50,839 nucleotides of DNA from Octopus bimaculoides (lineage: Eukaryota), in NCBI RefSeq assembly GCF_001194135.2, contig NC_069008.1, forward strand, positions 4,342,147-4,392,985. Reading direction: 5' to 3'. Within the stretch, counting starts at the first letter, position 1. Every line of letters begins with the position of its first letter. The position numbers were made by a program, and so were the translations under genes. Below the pieces are notes generated by a model. The model did not search any database, was not told where the DNA came from, and saw only the letters and a program-made list of their open reading frames with translations. Shown here in pieces: positions 22,692 through 36,155 of the stretch.

Positions 22692-23929
22692 AATTTTCCA
22701 TTCTTCCTGAGTGTCAAACTAATACACCTGCTTATTGTTCCCTCACCTGGTTTCATCTCTTCTGTACATTTGAACTATATATATTCTTTTACTTTTACAC
22801 ATTTCAGTTATTTGACTGCAGCCATGCTGGAGCACTGCCTCAAAGAGTTTTTTAGTTGAAGAAATCAATCCCAGGACTTATTTATTCTTTGTAAGCCTTG
22901 TAGTTTTTCTATCAGTCTCTTATGCCGAACCACTAAGTTACGTTCTGAATTCAAATTCCACCGAGGTCGACTTTGCCTTTCATCCTTTCGGGGTCGATAA
23001 ATTAAGTACCAGTGATGAACTGGGGTCGATGTAATCGACTTAATCCCTTTGTCTGTCCTTGTTTGTCCCCTGTATGTTTAGCCCCTTGTGGGCAATAAAG
23101 AAATAAATATAATAAATGCAAAAACTAATTTCTGTGTGGCAGTGTGTCACACTTTGACTCTCCTCTTTCACTATTCAGTGACACTTGCTCGTGCTGGGGT
23201 GAGAATAATAGTAGGCATAAAGACGGTGAGGGTGGGGGCAAAGACAGACAGAGAGAAAGAGAGAGAGGAAGAAAGAAAAAGAGAGGGAGAGAAAGAGAGA
23301 CAAAGAAATTTAGGGAGAGTTGATGATGCTTTATTAGAAGTAGTAGTGGGAGTGGGAGTAATAATAAAAGTCTATTTGTGTGTGTATGTGTGTGTGGTGA
23401 TGGTAGTGGTGGTGGTGATGATGATAATGATGATGATAATGTTGATGATGATGATGACGACGACGACAATGATGATGATAGTGGTGATGATGATAGTTTC
23501 AGTGGTGGTTGTAGTGATGAAGGTGATGATGATGATGATGATGATGATAGTACATGCAACCATGTCATAATTGTTCACAGGTGGTGGTTGGTTCTTTGGG
23601 GTTCGCTGGAACAGTAAAAAAAGGAGGAAATGTTGAAAAGTTGTCAGACTTTGGTGCAGGCATGGCATGGCTGTGTGGTTTAGGACTTCACTTCCCAACC
23701 ATGATGGTCTTGGGTTCAGTCCCACATTGCAGCACATTCAGCAAGTGTCTTTTACAATGCCATGTGGGTGTACTTGGTATGCAAAGATTTTATTCAGAGT
23801 CTACCCTTAATTACCTTTACTCCCAGTTCTTTTCTGATTTGGAACAACAGTACTTGTCAAGGTCCTATCTATGGGTTAAGTAGATTTCACAGGGGTCGGT
23901 AGAGGAAGTTCCCATTATTTTTGACAGTT

Positions 23930-24405
23930 CTGCCAGCTGGCAGAAATGTTAGCACGCCGGGAGGGAAAAAGGCTTAGCGGTATTTCATCTGGTTTTACGT
24001 TCTGAGTTCAAATTCCGCCGAGGTTGACTTTGCCTTTCATCCTTTTCATCTGGTTTTACGTTCTGAGTTCAAATTCCGCCGAGGTTGACTTTGCCTTTCC
24101 TCCTTTTGGGGTCGATAAATTAAGTACCAGTTGCATACTGGAGTCAATCTTATCGACTGGCTCCCTCCTCACAAAAATTTCAGGCCTTGTGCCTACAGTA
24201 GAAAAGAAAAGTTAGCATACCGGGCAAAATGCTTAGCAGTACCAGTTGCGTACTGAGGTAGATCTAATCGACTGGCTCTCTCCCACCAAAAATTTCAGGC
24301 CTTGTGCCTAGAGTAGAAAAGACTATTTTTGACAGTTCTGCGAGCTGGCCAAACCATTAGCATGCCAGGTGAAATGCTTAGCGGTATCTAGTCTGCTATT
24401 ACGTT
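23930..24405 (+). mobile_element. Cluster of SINE copies with a GCCTTTCATCCTTTCGGGGTCGATAAA central domain (Meta-SINE-like, from memory)
   Basis: Homologous segments at 13457-13650 and 22944-23105. An internal tandem duplication of about 60 bp lies at 23984-24100. Confidence 0.7.
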
Positions 24406-24625
24406 CTGCCTGGAATCGAACTCGGAATCTTGGGGTTAGTAGCCCACGCTCTTAACCACTATGCCATATGCCCATGGGAATAATAATAATAAAAATAATA
24501 ATAATGATGATGATGATGATCCCCAAGACACCTGATGAAGGCTGGAGGGTATATCAGCCGAAACGTTGTGTTAACAACAAACAAGATGAGGACAAATATC
24601 TGTCAAATGTAAATAATGTAAATAA
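24406..24625. mobile_element. Internally deleted copy of the palindromic tRNA-head/HHR element
   Basis: Left tRNA-like arm (-), palindromic centre GCCCATGGG, (AAT)n, HHR and the same tail (aacaacaaacaagatgaggacaaatatc) as 2313-2850. Confidence 0.8.
24527..24572 (+). ncRNA. Minimal type I hammerhead ribozyme motif (family 1)
   Basis: GACAC-CUGAUGA-A-GGCUG-gagggtatat-CAGCC-GAAA-CGU-U-GUGUU. Identical to 2725-2770 except at the free N7 position. Confidence 0.72.
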
Positions 24626-25210
24626 CAGCAAAGAAGCACACACATTCACTCTTTGCACGTGATTAGTCTTAGAAAGTTTATGAGGAATCCATTGACCCAA
24701 TTTACTGACTGTTCTGATGGCACACAGGTGTCGATGAATGGTTGAATGACCAAATCCAAGCTTCTCTGCTAGTTCTTCAACAGTTACAATGGGATTTTGT
24801 TCCACCAGGGTTTGCAGGATGTATTCGTTGAGCTCTACAGATCTTCCAGGATGAGACTCGTCTTCTAGGCTGTAGTTTCCAGCTCGGAATTTCTGGAAAC
24901 CACCACTGACACTGGCTTACGCTTATTGTCCGATCCCCATATACTGCATTAATATTCCTCACACTTTCCATTGCGCTGTTGCCTTTATTGGACAAAATAT
25001 ACCAAATATGTTCTTTTGTCACTTCCTTTATAGCTTTGAAAAAATAACTTAAAATTGAACTGCACTCTTCAAAACTTGCACAAAGAATAAGGACAAGGTT
25101 AAATTACTACCTACTTTTATAGCAAGTTGATGTAGATAGTTTATCCGTGCACCCTCTGACTTTTAGTTCATGCAATTGAAAAAAACCGCATTATTCATGT
25201 GATGACCCAA
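24626..25210 (-). mobile_element. Mariner transposon 5' half, frameshifted
   Basis: TA|TTGGGTCATCACATGAATAATGCGGTTTTT TIR at the 25210 end. HTH region (NINAVYG..TIS...CQWWF / FRAGNYSLED..HPGR) and LGQWIPHKL (the WVPHEL motif). Truncated at the HHR element. Confidence 0.9.
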
Positions 25211-26124
25211 TATATATATCTATGTCTAGTGAAACAGAAGGTTGGAAAAAATTTTTGGTATTATTCATTCACCAGTACACATGTTTCGTTTGTTAATAGG
25301 AATCACAAAGTTTTACGTTGGAAAGACGTGTAAGGAGTTTCCTATTTGAAATTCTTCAGACAGAGAATCAAGTGTGTATTGAGTTGGGGCATAATTATTG
25401 TGGCCTTTTTTTTCTTTTTTTCAACAAATTTTATTCAAGAAAGACAATAACAATATTTAACAAAAACATCTTTAAATGATGGCCTGACTGTCTGCCAAGC
25501 AAAAGGGAAGCAGTAATTGAAGTAGATAGTGAGTATACTCCGGAATAATCATTTAACGATGTTTTTGTTACCTGTGATAGTTTTTGTTGAATAAAATTCG
25601 TTGAAAGAAAGCTGCAATAATTATGCACCAACCTAATATGTGTGTGTGTGTGTGTGTGCATCCATATATGTATGTATAACAATTATTTTAGGTCTGGTAC
25701 TGATTATTTGATCAGTGGCTTTTTGCCGAACAGCTAGCTTGCAAGGACGTAAACAAAACAGCTTCGGTTGTCTAGGGGTGAGGAACAAACACAAACTCGC
25801 ATCGCCTCCACTCCGCTTGGTAACCGGTATTGGTTTGTTTATATCTACGCAACTTGGCAGTTCGGCAATTAGCATCCGACTGAATAATTAAGAGACGTAA
25901 GCGAAGCTGATTTGATCGTCGAAAAAAAAGAAGCAATCTTTCAAGGCAGTGAGTCCAGTGACCGAAACAGCATTACAGCTGGAGAGAAAGAACGAGAGAA
26001 AGAAAACAAAGAAAGAGAGGTAGAGAAGGAAAAAAGAGTATTGGTGTTAGGGCTGGATAGGGGATTGTGCGTGTGTGTGAGAGAGAGAGAAATAGAGAGA
26101 GAGAGTGAGAAATAGTAAGAGAAC

Positions 26125-26161
<37 letters not shown>

Positions 26162-26199
26162 GTAGATAGGCGATCGTACCATAAGATCGCCGATAGATT

Positions 26200-26231
<32 letters not shown>

Positions 26232-28912
26232 AGGAGGAAAGTAAGAATGTTAGGGTTAAAAAGGAAGAGAGAAAAGGAGGAGGAGAAAGGATAAAAGACC
26301 GCAAGAAGATGAGTTAGAGTCGGTGAGAGTGAATGAGAGAAAAAGGAAAAAGAAAGAGGAAAAAGTATAGGTAAGAGATAAAAAGTGTAAAAGGGAATAG
26401 AGAGAGAGAGAGAGAGAGAGGGGTGAGAAGAGGGTAGGAGGGAAATATAAGATGTAAAACGTGAGAGGAACGACGGAGAAAGATAGATAGATAGATATAT
26501 ATATAGAGAGAGAGAAGTAAAGAAACGAGAGAAAGTGTGAAACGGAAGAGAATGAAAAGAAATGAGTAGAAGGAAAAGTAAGAAAAAAAATGTATGAAAC
26601 GTAATAAACGGAGGGAGGGGAGAAGAGAGAGAGATAGAATATGAAAAGAGAAAGAAGAAAAAGTTAGAGAGAGAAGGAAGAAAGAGTAAAATAGAAGAGA
26701 GGGAGTAGAAGGATAAAAAATAAAAGAGTGAAAGAGAGAAAGGGAATAGTGAGAGGGAGCAGAAGGAGGATAAGTGAGAGAGAGAAGGTGTAGGTAGAAT
26801 AGAAGTGAGTAGAAGGCAAGGTGAAAAGAAAGAGAATAGAAAGCGAGAAATGGATGTACAAAGAGAAGACAGAGAGAAAGAAGGTGTGAAAGTTATTAGA
26901 GGGAGAGGGATGAGAATAGGAGGAAAAGTAAGAGAAAGTGAGAACGTGTGACAAGGAATCGAAGTAAGGGAGGGAAGTGGGAGGAAAGGTAGAGAGAGGT
27001 TGGAAGGCAATAGAGAGTGAGAAAGAGAGGAGTGGGAGGAAAAGTAAGAGTAAAACAGAAAGCGTGAGAGGGCGAAAAGCGTGATGGAGTGAGAGGAAAG
27101 CTGTGGAGTGTTTGTTGTGTTTGAGTGAAGGCCGGCAGTAGAGCGAGTGATCGCTCTATCGGTCGGACATAGTATAGTGTTGCTGCCGGCCCCGGCTGTT
27201 TGTGTTTTATGTATCTTTGTGTCTTTCCTCTCCGGTGACCACCACGACGTGGTGTGTTGGCCTCCTTTTAGGCAATCGATCAACAGCTAAATTCTTACGC
27301 CTTCGAAATTAGACCACCCTCTTCGAAAAATGTTGGCATCGAAATCATAGTCTTGGATTTACAGTCTGGAAGAAGACATAAGACGGGATGGTCGAAGCTG
27401 GAATACCTTTGATAATAGCTCTTTCTTGCTCTGTCAGTGCTGACCTGCAATTAAGCCACAACACGCAACCAACGAAGGATATAACGGATTAAAAACAACA
27501 ACAACAAAATGGTCCGGAAAACAAAATACTGAATTGAATGGTCATGGCTGGAACGCCATTGATTCTAGGTCTACCTTATTTTGTTTATTCAGACGGCTGA
27601 CCTAGCAACAACAAAGAACACATTGGATAGATATATATACTTGGATAACAATAGTCTGCAACAAACCCAAAACTATATGGTCACGACTGGAACGGCTTTG
27701 ATGATGGATCAACCTATTTTGCTCAGTCCGAGCGTTGACCTAGGGCTAAATAACCAAGAATTTGATGGAAACCAAAAGAATTGGTACAGCAGAAGCCCTC
27801 ATTACTGACCTATTAGTTTCTTTTATTGTTGTTTTACATGTGCTTTGGGTGAGTTTTTTTCTTCTTTCATTCATTTCGAGTTTTGTAAGAAAGAAAGAAA
27901 GAGGTTTTTTTTGTTCATTATTGAGTTATATTGTGTATATGTGTCTGTGTATATGTGTGTATATGCATGTATAATATTGTTTGTAGAAAACACACTCTAA
28001 GATCTATCTATCTATCTATCTATCTATCCATGTATGTACGTGTGTATGTACATATGCATTTTTGTGTGTATATATATATATATATGTATGTATGTATATG
28101 TGTATATATATGTATGTGTGTATATATATGCATGTGTCTGTATGCATGTATGTATGTGTGTATATATGCATGTATATATGCATGTGTATATACATGCATA
28201 TATGTGCGTGTATATGTGTTTATATATGTATGTATAGCATATATGCGTGTATTGTGTATGTGTGTGTGTGTGTGTNNNNNNNNNNNNNNNNNNNNNNNNN
28301 NNNNNNNNNNNNNNNNNNNNNNNNNNNNNNNNNNNNNNNNNNNNNNNNNNNNNNNNNNNNNNNNNNNNNNNNNNNNNNNNNNNNNNNNNNNNNNNNNNNN
28401 NNNNNNNNNNNNNNNNNNNNNNNNNNNNNNNNNNNNNNNNNNNNNNNNNNNNNNNNNNNNNNNNNNNNNNNNNNNNNNNNNNNNNNNNNNNNNNNNNNNN
28501 NNNNNNNNNNNNNNNNNNNNNNNNNNNNNNNNNNNNNNNNNNNNNNNNNNNNNNNNNNNNNNNNNNNNNNNNNNNNNNNNNNNNNNNNNNNNNNNNNNNN
28601 NNNNNNNNNNNNNNNNNNNNNNNNNNNNNNNNNNNNNNNNNNNNNNNNNNNNNNNNNNNNNNNNNNNNNNNNNNNNNNNNNNNNNNNNNNNNNNNNNNNN
28701 NNNNNNNNNNNNNNNNNNNNNNNNNNNNNNNNNNNNNNNNNNNNNNNNNNNNNNNNNNNNNNNNNNNNNNNNNNNNNNNNNNNNNNNNNNNNNNNNNNNN
28801 NNNNNNNNNNNNNNNNNNNNNNNNNNNNNNNNNNNNNNNNNNNNNNNNNNNNNNNNNNNNNNNNNNNNNNNNNNNNNNNNNNNNNNNNNNNNNNNNNNNN
28901 NNNNNNNNNNNN

Positions 28913-28977
<65 letters not shown>

Positions 28978-29084
28978 CCTGGTTAACAGTAACTCCGAAG
29001 TTGCAGTTTACTACACGTCTGATGATGTAGAATAGGCTAAAACTTCGGAGTCGCTATATGTATATGTCTAGATAAATATGTACG

Positions 29085-29603
29085 TGTATACACATGTGTG
29101 TGTATATATATATATGTGTGTATATATATGTGTGTATATGTATGTGTGTATATATATATATATGTAGATGTGTGTGTGTATATATATATATATGTATGTA
29201 TATGTGTATGTGTGTGTATATATGTATATGTGTATGTGTGTGTATATATGTATATGTGTATGTGTGTGTATATATGTATATGTGTATGTGTGTGTATATA
29301 TGTATATGTGTATGTGTGTGTATATATGTATATGTGTATGTGTGTGTATATATGTATATGTGTATGTGTGTGTATATATGTATATGTGTATGTGTGTGTA
29401 TATATGTATGTGTGTATGTGTGTGTATATATGTATGTGTGTATGTGTGTGTATATATGTATGTGTATGTGTGGGTGTATATGTGTGTGTATATATGCATA
29501 TATGTGTATAGGATTTCTTGTGTATATATGTGTACATATGTATGTGTGTATATATTTGTGTGTTTATGTGTGTGATGTGTATATGTGTGTGTATGAGTGT
29601 ATA

Positions 29604-29672
<69 letters not shown>
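29085..29672. repeat. (TG)/(TA) compound microsatellite with a 26-bp periodic core
   Basis: gtgtgtgtatatatgtatatgtgtat repeats through about 29200-29480. Confidence 0.9.
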
Positions 29673-29674
<2 letters not shown>

Positions 29675-30399
29675 CAGCATTTTCTAATAAGACTAGTTCA
29701 TGTCCTACATAAGAATCTCATGATTGGTTTGGCATTCTTCATTCCCAGTTTGACAAATGCTGCTTCGGTACGAAACTCTGGGCTCTTCAGTAACTCTTAG
29801 GTACTTCTCAGTTTACAATGATACTAATGATATGTGTACACACTCACACACATATCCACAAGCACTTCAAATACACCCACATATATACATACATGCACAC
29901 ACCTATATATATACCTAGACATTATGTATGTGTATATGTATATACACGTACGCACGTCTCTATACATTCATACTACAAGCACCCCATACACAGAAGGCCA
30001 AGTTAACCTTAGCCGTTCACTAAAATTAACTATATACCTATGGGACCACAGAGATTTTATCTAAATGTCAGGTGGGCCATACGCGGCTTGAACCAGGGAC
30101 CCCAGAGTTGCTATAAAATAACAAAAAATGGAAGTGGGTTGCAGTTCGCATTTTGTTCCTGTTGCCCTAGTTGTAATTTCAATATATATATATTTATATG
30201 ATTAAAATAATTTGGGTCTAATTAATTAAGTTGTGGAGGTCAGGTTTGGATAATAGCTTGGAAGGAAACTGAATTTTTAGTCTATTATTTCACGTGTTTC
30301 TCAATGTGTTGTCAGACAAAGAAAGGGTCGAAGGGTCACCGTTTTGAGGCTGTGCTTAGGGCATCTGTTGGCCTTAATCCGGCCCTATATATATATGTG

Positions 30400-30432
<33 letters not shown>

Positions 30433-31139
30433 ATGTATATTTGTGTGTGTATATTTGTGTATATGTGTGTGTATATTTGTGTATGTGTGTATGTATGTAT
30501 GTGTGTGTATATATATATGTGTGTATGCATCTATGTAAATATGTATGTGTGTGTGTGTGTGTGTATACACACACACACCTTTGTATGTATATATGTATAC
30601 ACACACACTTTGAGGAAGACTGAATTATTAATCTTGAAGAATTATCCTCACAGAAAAAGAAATTGAAGAAATATCTAGTTAACTAATGAAAGAAGTGAAA
30701 TACGCGAAAACATACATGTTTTTTTTTTTTTTCAGATTTCTTTTACCTTAAATTTGAAATGTTTAGCATGGAATTGGGTGACGTATTTCATCTCCATCAG
30801 TTATATATAGACAGAAGATCTATATATATATATATATATATATATGGTTGATTTGCTCCAGGTTAATCCTGAGCATACACCTATGTAGAAAGTTATTTCA
30901 CTCTTGACCATTCCGTATTTTATAATGGGGTAAGGCTATCTTGGACTACCCGATCTAATGTTTGTCCTTCCATTTTTTAATTTTTTCATTCTTTTTTGTG
31001 AAGACTAGTGTTCAATGTTGAGGGAGATGTGGTTAGTGTTTTTAACAGGTCAGGTCAAACGACGACACATAGGCTTCCTCGTTGGCTTGTGATATGTGTG
31101 TATATACATACACACACAAACACACACACGTATTAGTAC

Positions 31140-32197
31140 AAAATATTTGAATGAAAGATGTTGTAAAACCATGTCCCCGCAATATTTAATGATTAAATGT
31201 GCCTATTAACCTTTTTAAATGGTTTGTTTTAAAAAATTTGAGAAATTCGTTGTTTAAAAAGCTTTGTTCAATGTGTCGTCTGTGTGCTCAGACACATGTA
31301 ATATACAGTCGTAGTGTGAATGAAAACTTGTTGTTTATAAACGTACATTTATATATACATCGTCGAAGAAAAACATTTCAATGGAGAAATATGGAAAAAC
31401 TTGTGAAAATATTAACTATGTTTAATTTACAGATATTTATTTAATGTTTTCTCCGCATTAAAACTGATATTTTGACATCGTCTGCCCATTTATAGACTAC
31501 AACATCCGACGCAACACACACAACATACTCAGATACAAATATCTATGTACATTATATATATATATATATATATGTGGGGGGAAAAAAAACTATCGGCATA
31601 TATATAGATATATTTGGTGTTAAAAATTTCACCGAGAGATAGAGAAAAATCCATGAGAAGGATACTTCAATGAATTGTTTATCATTTTAACATGTTTATT
31701 AACCTCAAAAAGTTATTTTAAATTAGGGCAAAACCTTCTTCATGTTCCGTCTAGGTCAGACAGACAGTCGAGTGTTTGTACATACATTTGGATAAATATT
31801 TGGATATTCGGTTATAATTTTCAAGGAGAAATCCAGGAAAAGTTGTGGGAAAATCAAATATATTGAAAGTTCAGTGATTTTTCTGGGTCCTGAAGTTGAT
31901 ATTTTAAGCTCAGGGTCGTCGAAATACTTTTCGTTTGCCCATTGTAAACGACATGCCACCGAAGGAGGAAGACTCTAGAGGCAGTCGCTTGGCCTGCTGG
32001 AAACAACAGCCAGATACTCCCTATCACTATCTTGCCGAAATTACACGTCTATTGTTCGAAAGGTAAGAAACATTCGATAATGTACTTGTAGATATGCCTG
32101 AAGAAAAAACGGGATGGTTAGGTTTGGTATCCTTTTGATAAAGGCTGACCTAAACAATACACATAGACATGAGTGCACACATATATGTACTCACGCT

Positions 32198-32238
<41 letters not shown>

Positions 32239-33710
32239 GAATGGATGATTTAGTATTAAAAAAAAATAAAAATTTTAATTCCTGGAAATTGTTTAGGTGT
32301 TAGATACATGTGTGTGTGTGTATATATATATTTATACATACGTAGACGGAGTGCGAAAACTTGAGCTCTATACGTTTATTATATATGAACGAAGAAAACA
32401 ACATTTTGTAGGAGAAATATAGAAAAACTTGTGGAAAAGTCGAATATGTTGAAATTTCAGTGATTTCTTTCAATANNNNNNNNNNNNNNNNNNNNNNNNN
32501 NNNNNNNNNNNNNNNNNNNNNNNNNNNNNNNNNNNNNNNNNNNNNNNNNNNNNNNNNNNNNNNNNNNNNNNNNNNNNNNNNNNNNNNNNNNNNNNNNNNN
32601 NNNNNNNNNNNNNNNNNNNNNNNNNNNNNNNNNNNNNNNNNNNNNNNNNNNNNNNNNNNNNNNNNNNNNNNNNNNNNNNNNNNNNNNNNNNNNNNNNNNN
32701 NNNNNNNNNNNNNNNNNNNNNNNNNNNNNNNNNNNNNNNNNNNNNNNNNNNNNNNNNNNNNNNNNNNNNNNNNNNNNNNNNNNNNNNNNNNNNNNNNNNN
32801 NNNNNNNNNNNNNNNNNNNNNNNNNNNNNNNNNNNNNNNNNNNNNNNNNNNNNNNNNNNNNNNNNNNNNNNNNNNNNNNNNNNNNNNNNNNNNNNNNNNN
32901 NNNNACTCGCACATATATTTGGGTATAGGAAAACATTTTCAAGGAGAAATCGAAAGAAACTTATGGAAAAGTCAAAGATGTTGAAAGTTCAGTGATTTTT
33001 TTTTTTTTGGGGAGGATTTCAAAACTAATATTGTAACATCGGAGAGGGAAAAAAAACATTTCTCGTCTGCCCATTATCGACGGCAGCATCCGATACCATC
33101 ACACGGAGTGTGTAAACTATTGATGTATAATATATATATATAGAGAGAGAGATGTATATTTAGGGTAAAATATTTGAATGAAATGTATTTATAAACTTAT
33201 TACAAAATCACCCTTATGTATATATGAACGATATGTTTATTAAACCACCATAAAAATAAATAACGCTCTCTTTAAATTTCCATGCAAATCCTGTTTTCTT
33301 GTGTCGTCTGGTTGTCAGACACATGTGTATACATGCTGTCTCGGAAGGTGAAAACTTGATGTATATACATATATACACATGTATATCTTGCTTTTATCTT
33401 TTACTTTTTTTCATTTATTGAACTGCGGTCATGCTGGAGCACCGCCTTGGACAGTTTTTGCTGAACGAATCGATCCCTATACTTATATATATATATGTGT
33501 GTTTATGTATGTATATATATATATTATATATGCACGCACATACGCGCGTGTGTATAAACACACACATTTATGTATATATATATATACTTAGATGGAAAAA
33601 AAAATTCGGAGAATTAGAGAAAAAGAACTTGTGAAGAAGTTAAATATGTCGAAAGTTCTGTGATTTCTTTGTAACACTTCTCGCCTGTCCATTTATAGAA
33701 GAATGAGTCG
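31140..33710. repeat. Old, diverged tandem array with units of roughly 450-670 bp
   Basis: ggagaaat..gaaaa.ttgtg..aa.t..a..atgttgaaa.ttcagtgattt recurs near 31380, 31825, 32410, 32940 and 33610. Confidence 0.7.
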
Positions 33711-33960
33711 GAGAGGCCTGTATGTAGGTCGCTTGACCTCCTAGAAATAGCACCCGCGTTTTTCCCCCCTCCCGTCAAAGCGCACTCTACCGTTTTAGAA
33801 GCTGATGATAATGTTTGGACAGTGTATTAAGTGATTGATGCATTGCAAGGAAAACGACTGGACGGTCATGCTTAGAAGGCTTTTTTCTTGATCATAGGTC
33901 CTGGGCCTAAACAAGAATAGACCATAGTAAGTGGTACACGCTCGAGTGTGTGTGTGTGTG

Positions 33961-34018
<58 letters not shown>

Positions 34019-36116
34019 CACAGTACAAGGTATAGAATATAATGATTTGATAATTAGATTTATTCAGCTGATGCCGTGTGCCGTTACTCAGAGTTTATAG
34101 TTTCGTTTTCGCTCAATCAGACAAATGTTGATCTAGAATATTAAATGTAGGAGTTAAAAAGGAAAGAAAATTTTCAATGAGATATATAGAAAAAGCTCTA
34201 AATATATAAATATGGAAAAGTTAAGATCTTCCTTGTTTCGTTTTCGAGAAGGATTCGGGTTCGATATCAACAAAGGCATTTTGTATCGCCCTTCATCTGC
34301 AGCCGATCGCCTACATTACATCCTATACACAAACATATGTATATTCGGAATACCCATACTTGTATACGCACACACACACACACGTGTGTGTGTACGTAAA
34401 TGTGCTTGTATGTGTGTATGTATTTATTTATATATATATATATATACATGTGTGTGTGTTTGTATATGTTTATCTGTATGTGTGTGTGTATTGGGCTTGT
34501 ATGAAGACCCTAGCTCTCTGCCTTTATATACACTCAGCTTCTAACTGTCCACTTTGACCTGTTTCGACACTGTTGTTGCTACAGGGACACAGACTCTGTC
34601 TCTCTCTCTCTTTCTCTCTGACCTCCTTTGACACAGTTCTCTTACTCTTTCTGTCTGCCTCTCCCTCTCTCTCTCACCCTCTCCCTGTTTGTACGCTCTC
34701 TCACACACACACACACTCTCTCTCTCTCTCTCTCCATTTCTGTAGCTTCTGACCTCTTTCTCAATCTTTTCCTTTTCCTCTCTCTCTCTCTCTCTCCCTC
34801 TTAGTGCCTTTTCCTCTCTCTCTCTCACTACTTTCCTCCCTCTTTCTTTCTACCTCTGTCTTTCATTGTCTCCCTACCTTTTCCTCTCTGCCGATGTTTT
34901 TCTCTTTCTCTCTCTCTCTACATGCCGCTTTCTATTTATCCCTCTCTTTGCCTGTTCTCTCTCTCTCTCTCTTTCTCTTTCTATTTATCCCTCACCATTT
35001 CTTGCCTCTGTTTCTCTTTCTCTCTCTATTTCTCTGCTTCTCTCTTACACTGTTTAGTCGTTCTCTCTCTCCTCTCTTTCTCCTCTCCCTTTCTCCTCTC
35101 CCTTTCTCTCACTATTTCTCTTTCTCTTCCTCTATTTCTGTGCTTTTTTTTTTCACATTATTCAGCCGCGCTCTCTCTCTCCTCTCTCTCTTTCTCTCCT
35201 CCTTCTCACATCCCTCCCTCTCTTTCTCTCCTCACCCCCGTCTATAACAATTTCCCCCTCTCCGTTAAACATGGTCTGGCTGTGTTGTTTGTTGCTTTAA
35301 GGGGTCTCCCACTCTTTGTCCACTGTTAGTTTTTGCACCATTGTTGGTTAGAAATGTCCTAGTATCTCTCTCTCTCTCTCTCTCTGTGCACCTGACCTGC
35401 TTTGACATAGTTGTTGGTCGAGGGACACAGTCTCCCCACTCACTCCGTCTCCCCCTCTCTCTCACATATTACACCATTCTATTCTCTCCCTCTCTCTCTC
35501 TCTCTCTCTCCCTCCTTCTCTATCTCATCCCTTCTTTCTTTAAATTCTTATCTCTCCCTCTCTCTCTCTCTCTCTTTCTCTCTCATTTTTAAAGTTTATT
35601 CTTTCTGTTTCTTTCCCCCCACATTCTCCTTCCCTTCTCCCCCTCCGTCTTTCAGTGTCTTCTTTCTCTTTCTCTCCCCCTTAATTTTTCCCCCTCACCT
35701 CTCTCTTTCCCTCCCACTCTTTCCTCAATCTCTTCCCTCTCTGCTGCCTTTGAATCTAATCTTTCTTTCTTTATCACTCTCCCCTTATTCCCCTCCTTCT
35801 CTTCGTTCTTTTAGACGTATCCTCTCTCTCTGCTAATTTTCTTTCTCTCTCTCTCGTCTTTCACACTTAACTTCATTCTCTTTCTCCTCTTTCAATTTAC
35901 TATATCTTCACCCCCCCCTCTCTCTCTCTCTCCCTCCTAATTCTTCTCCTCTCTTCCCCCATTTCCCCGTCTCTCAGCCTAATTCTCTCTCTCTCTCTCT
36001 ATTTCCTCCAACCCTCTCCTGTCTCTCAGTCTGTCTTTTCAATTTTCAACCTCTCCCCCGGTCCGTGATTCTTTCTGTGTTTTTCTATCCATTTACCTAC
36101 CTATCTACATATGTAT

Positions 36117-36155
<39 letters not shown>

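Noticed and set aside
25945-25985. HHR-like CAGTGA-GTC-cagt-GAC-CGAAAC
   Set aside because: The core lacks CUGANGA and no stem I or III forms.
27375-27405. HHR-like CTGGAAGA-A-GAC...GTC-GAAG
   Set aside because: Both core strands deviate and no cleavage-site stem forms.
34085-34125. Minus-strand CTGATTGA...GAAAC
   Set aside because: There is an extra core nucleotide and no credible stems.
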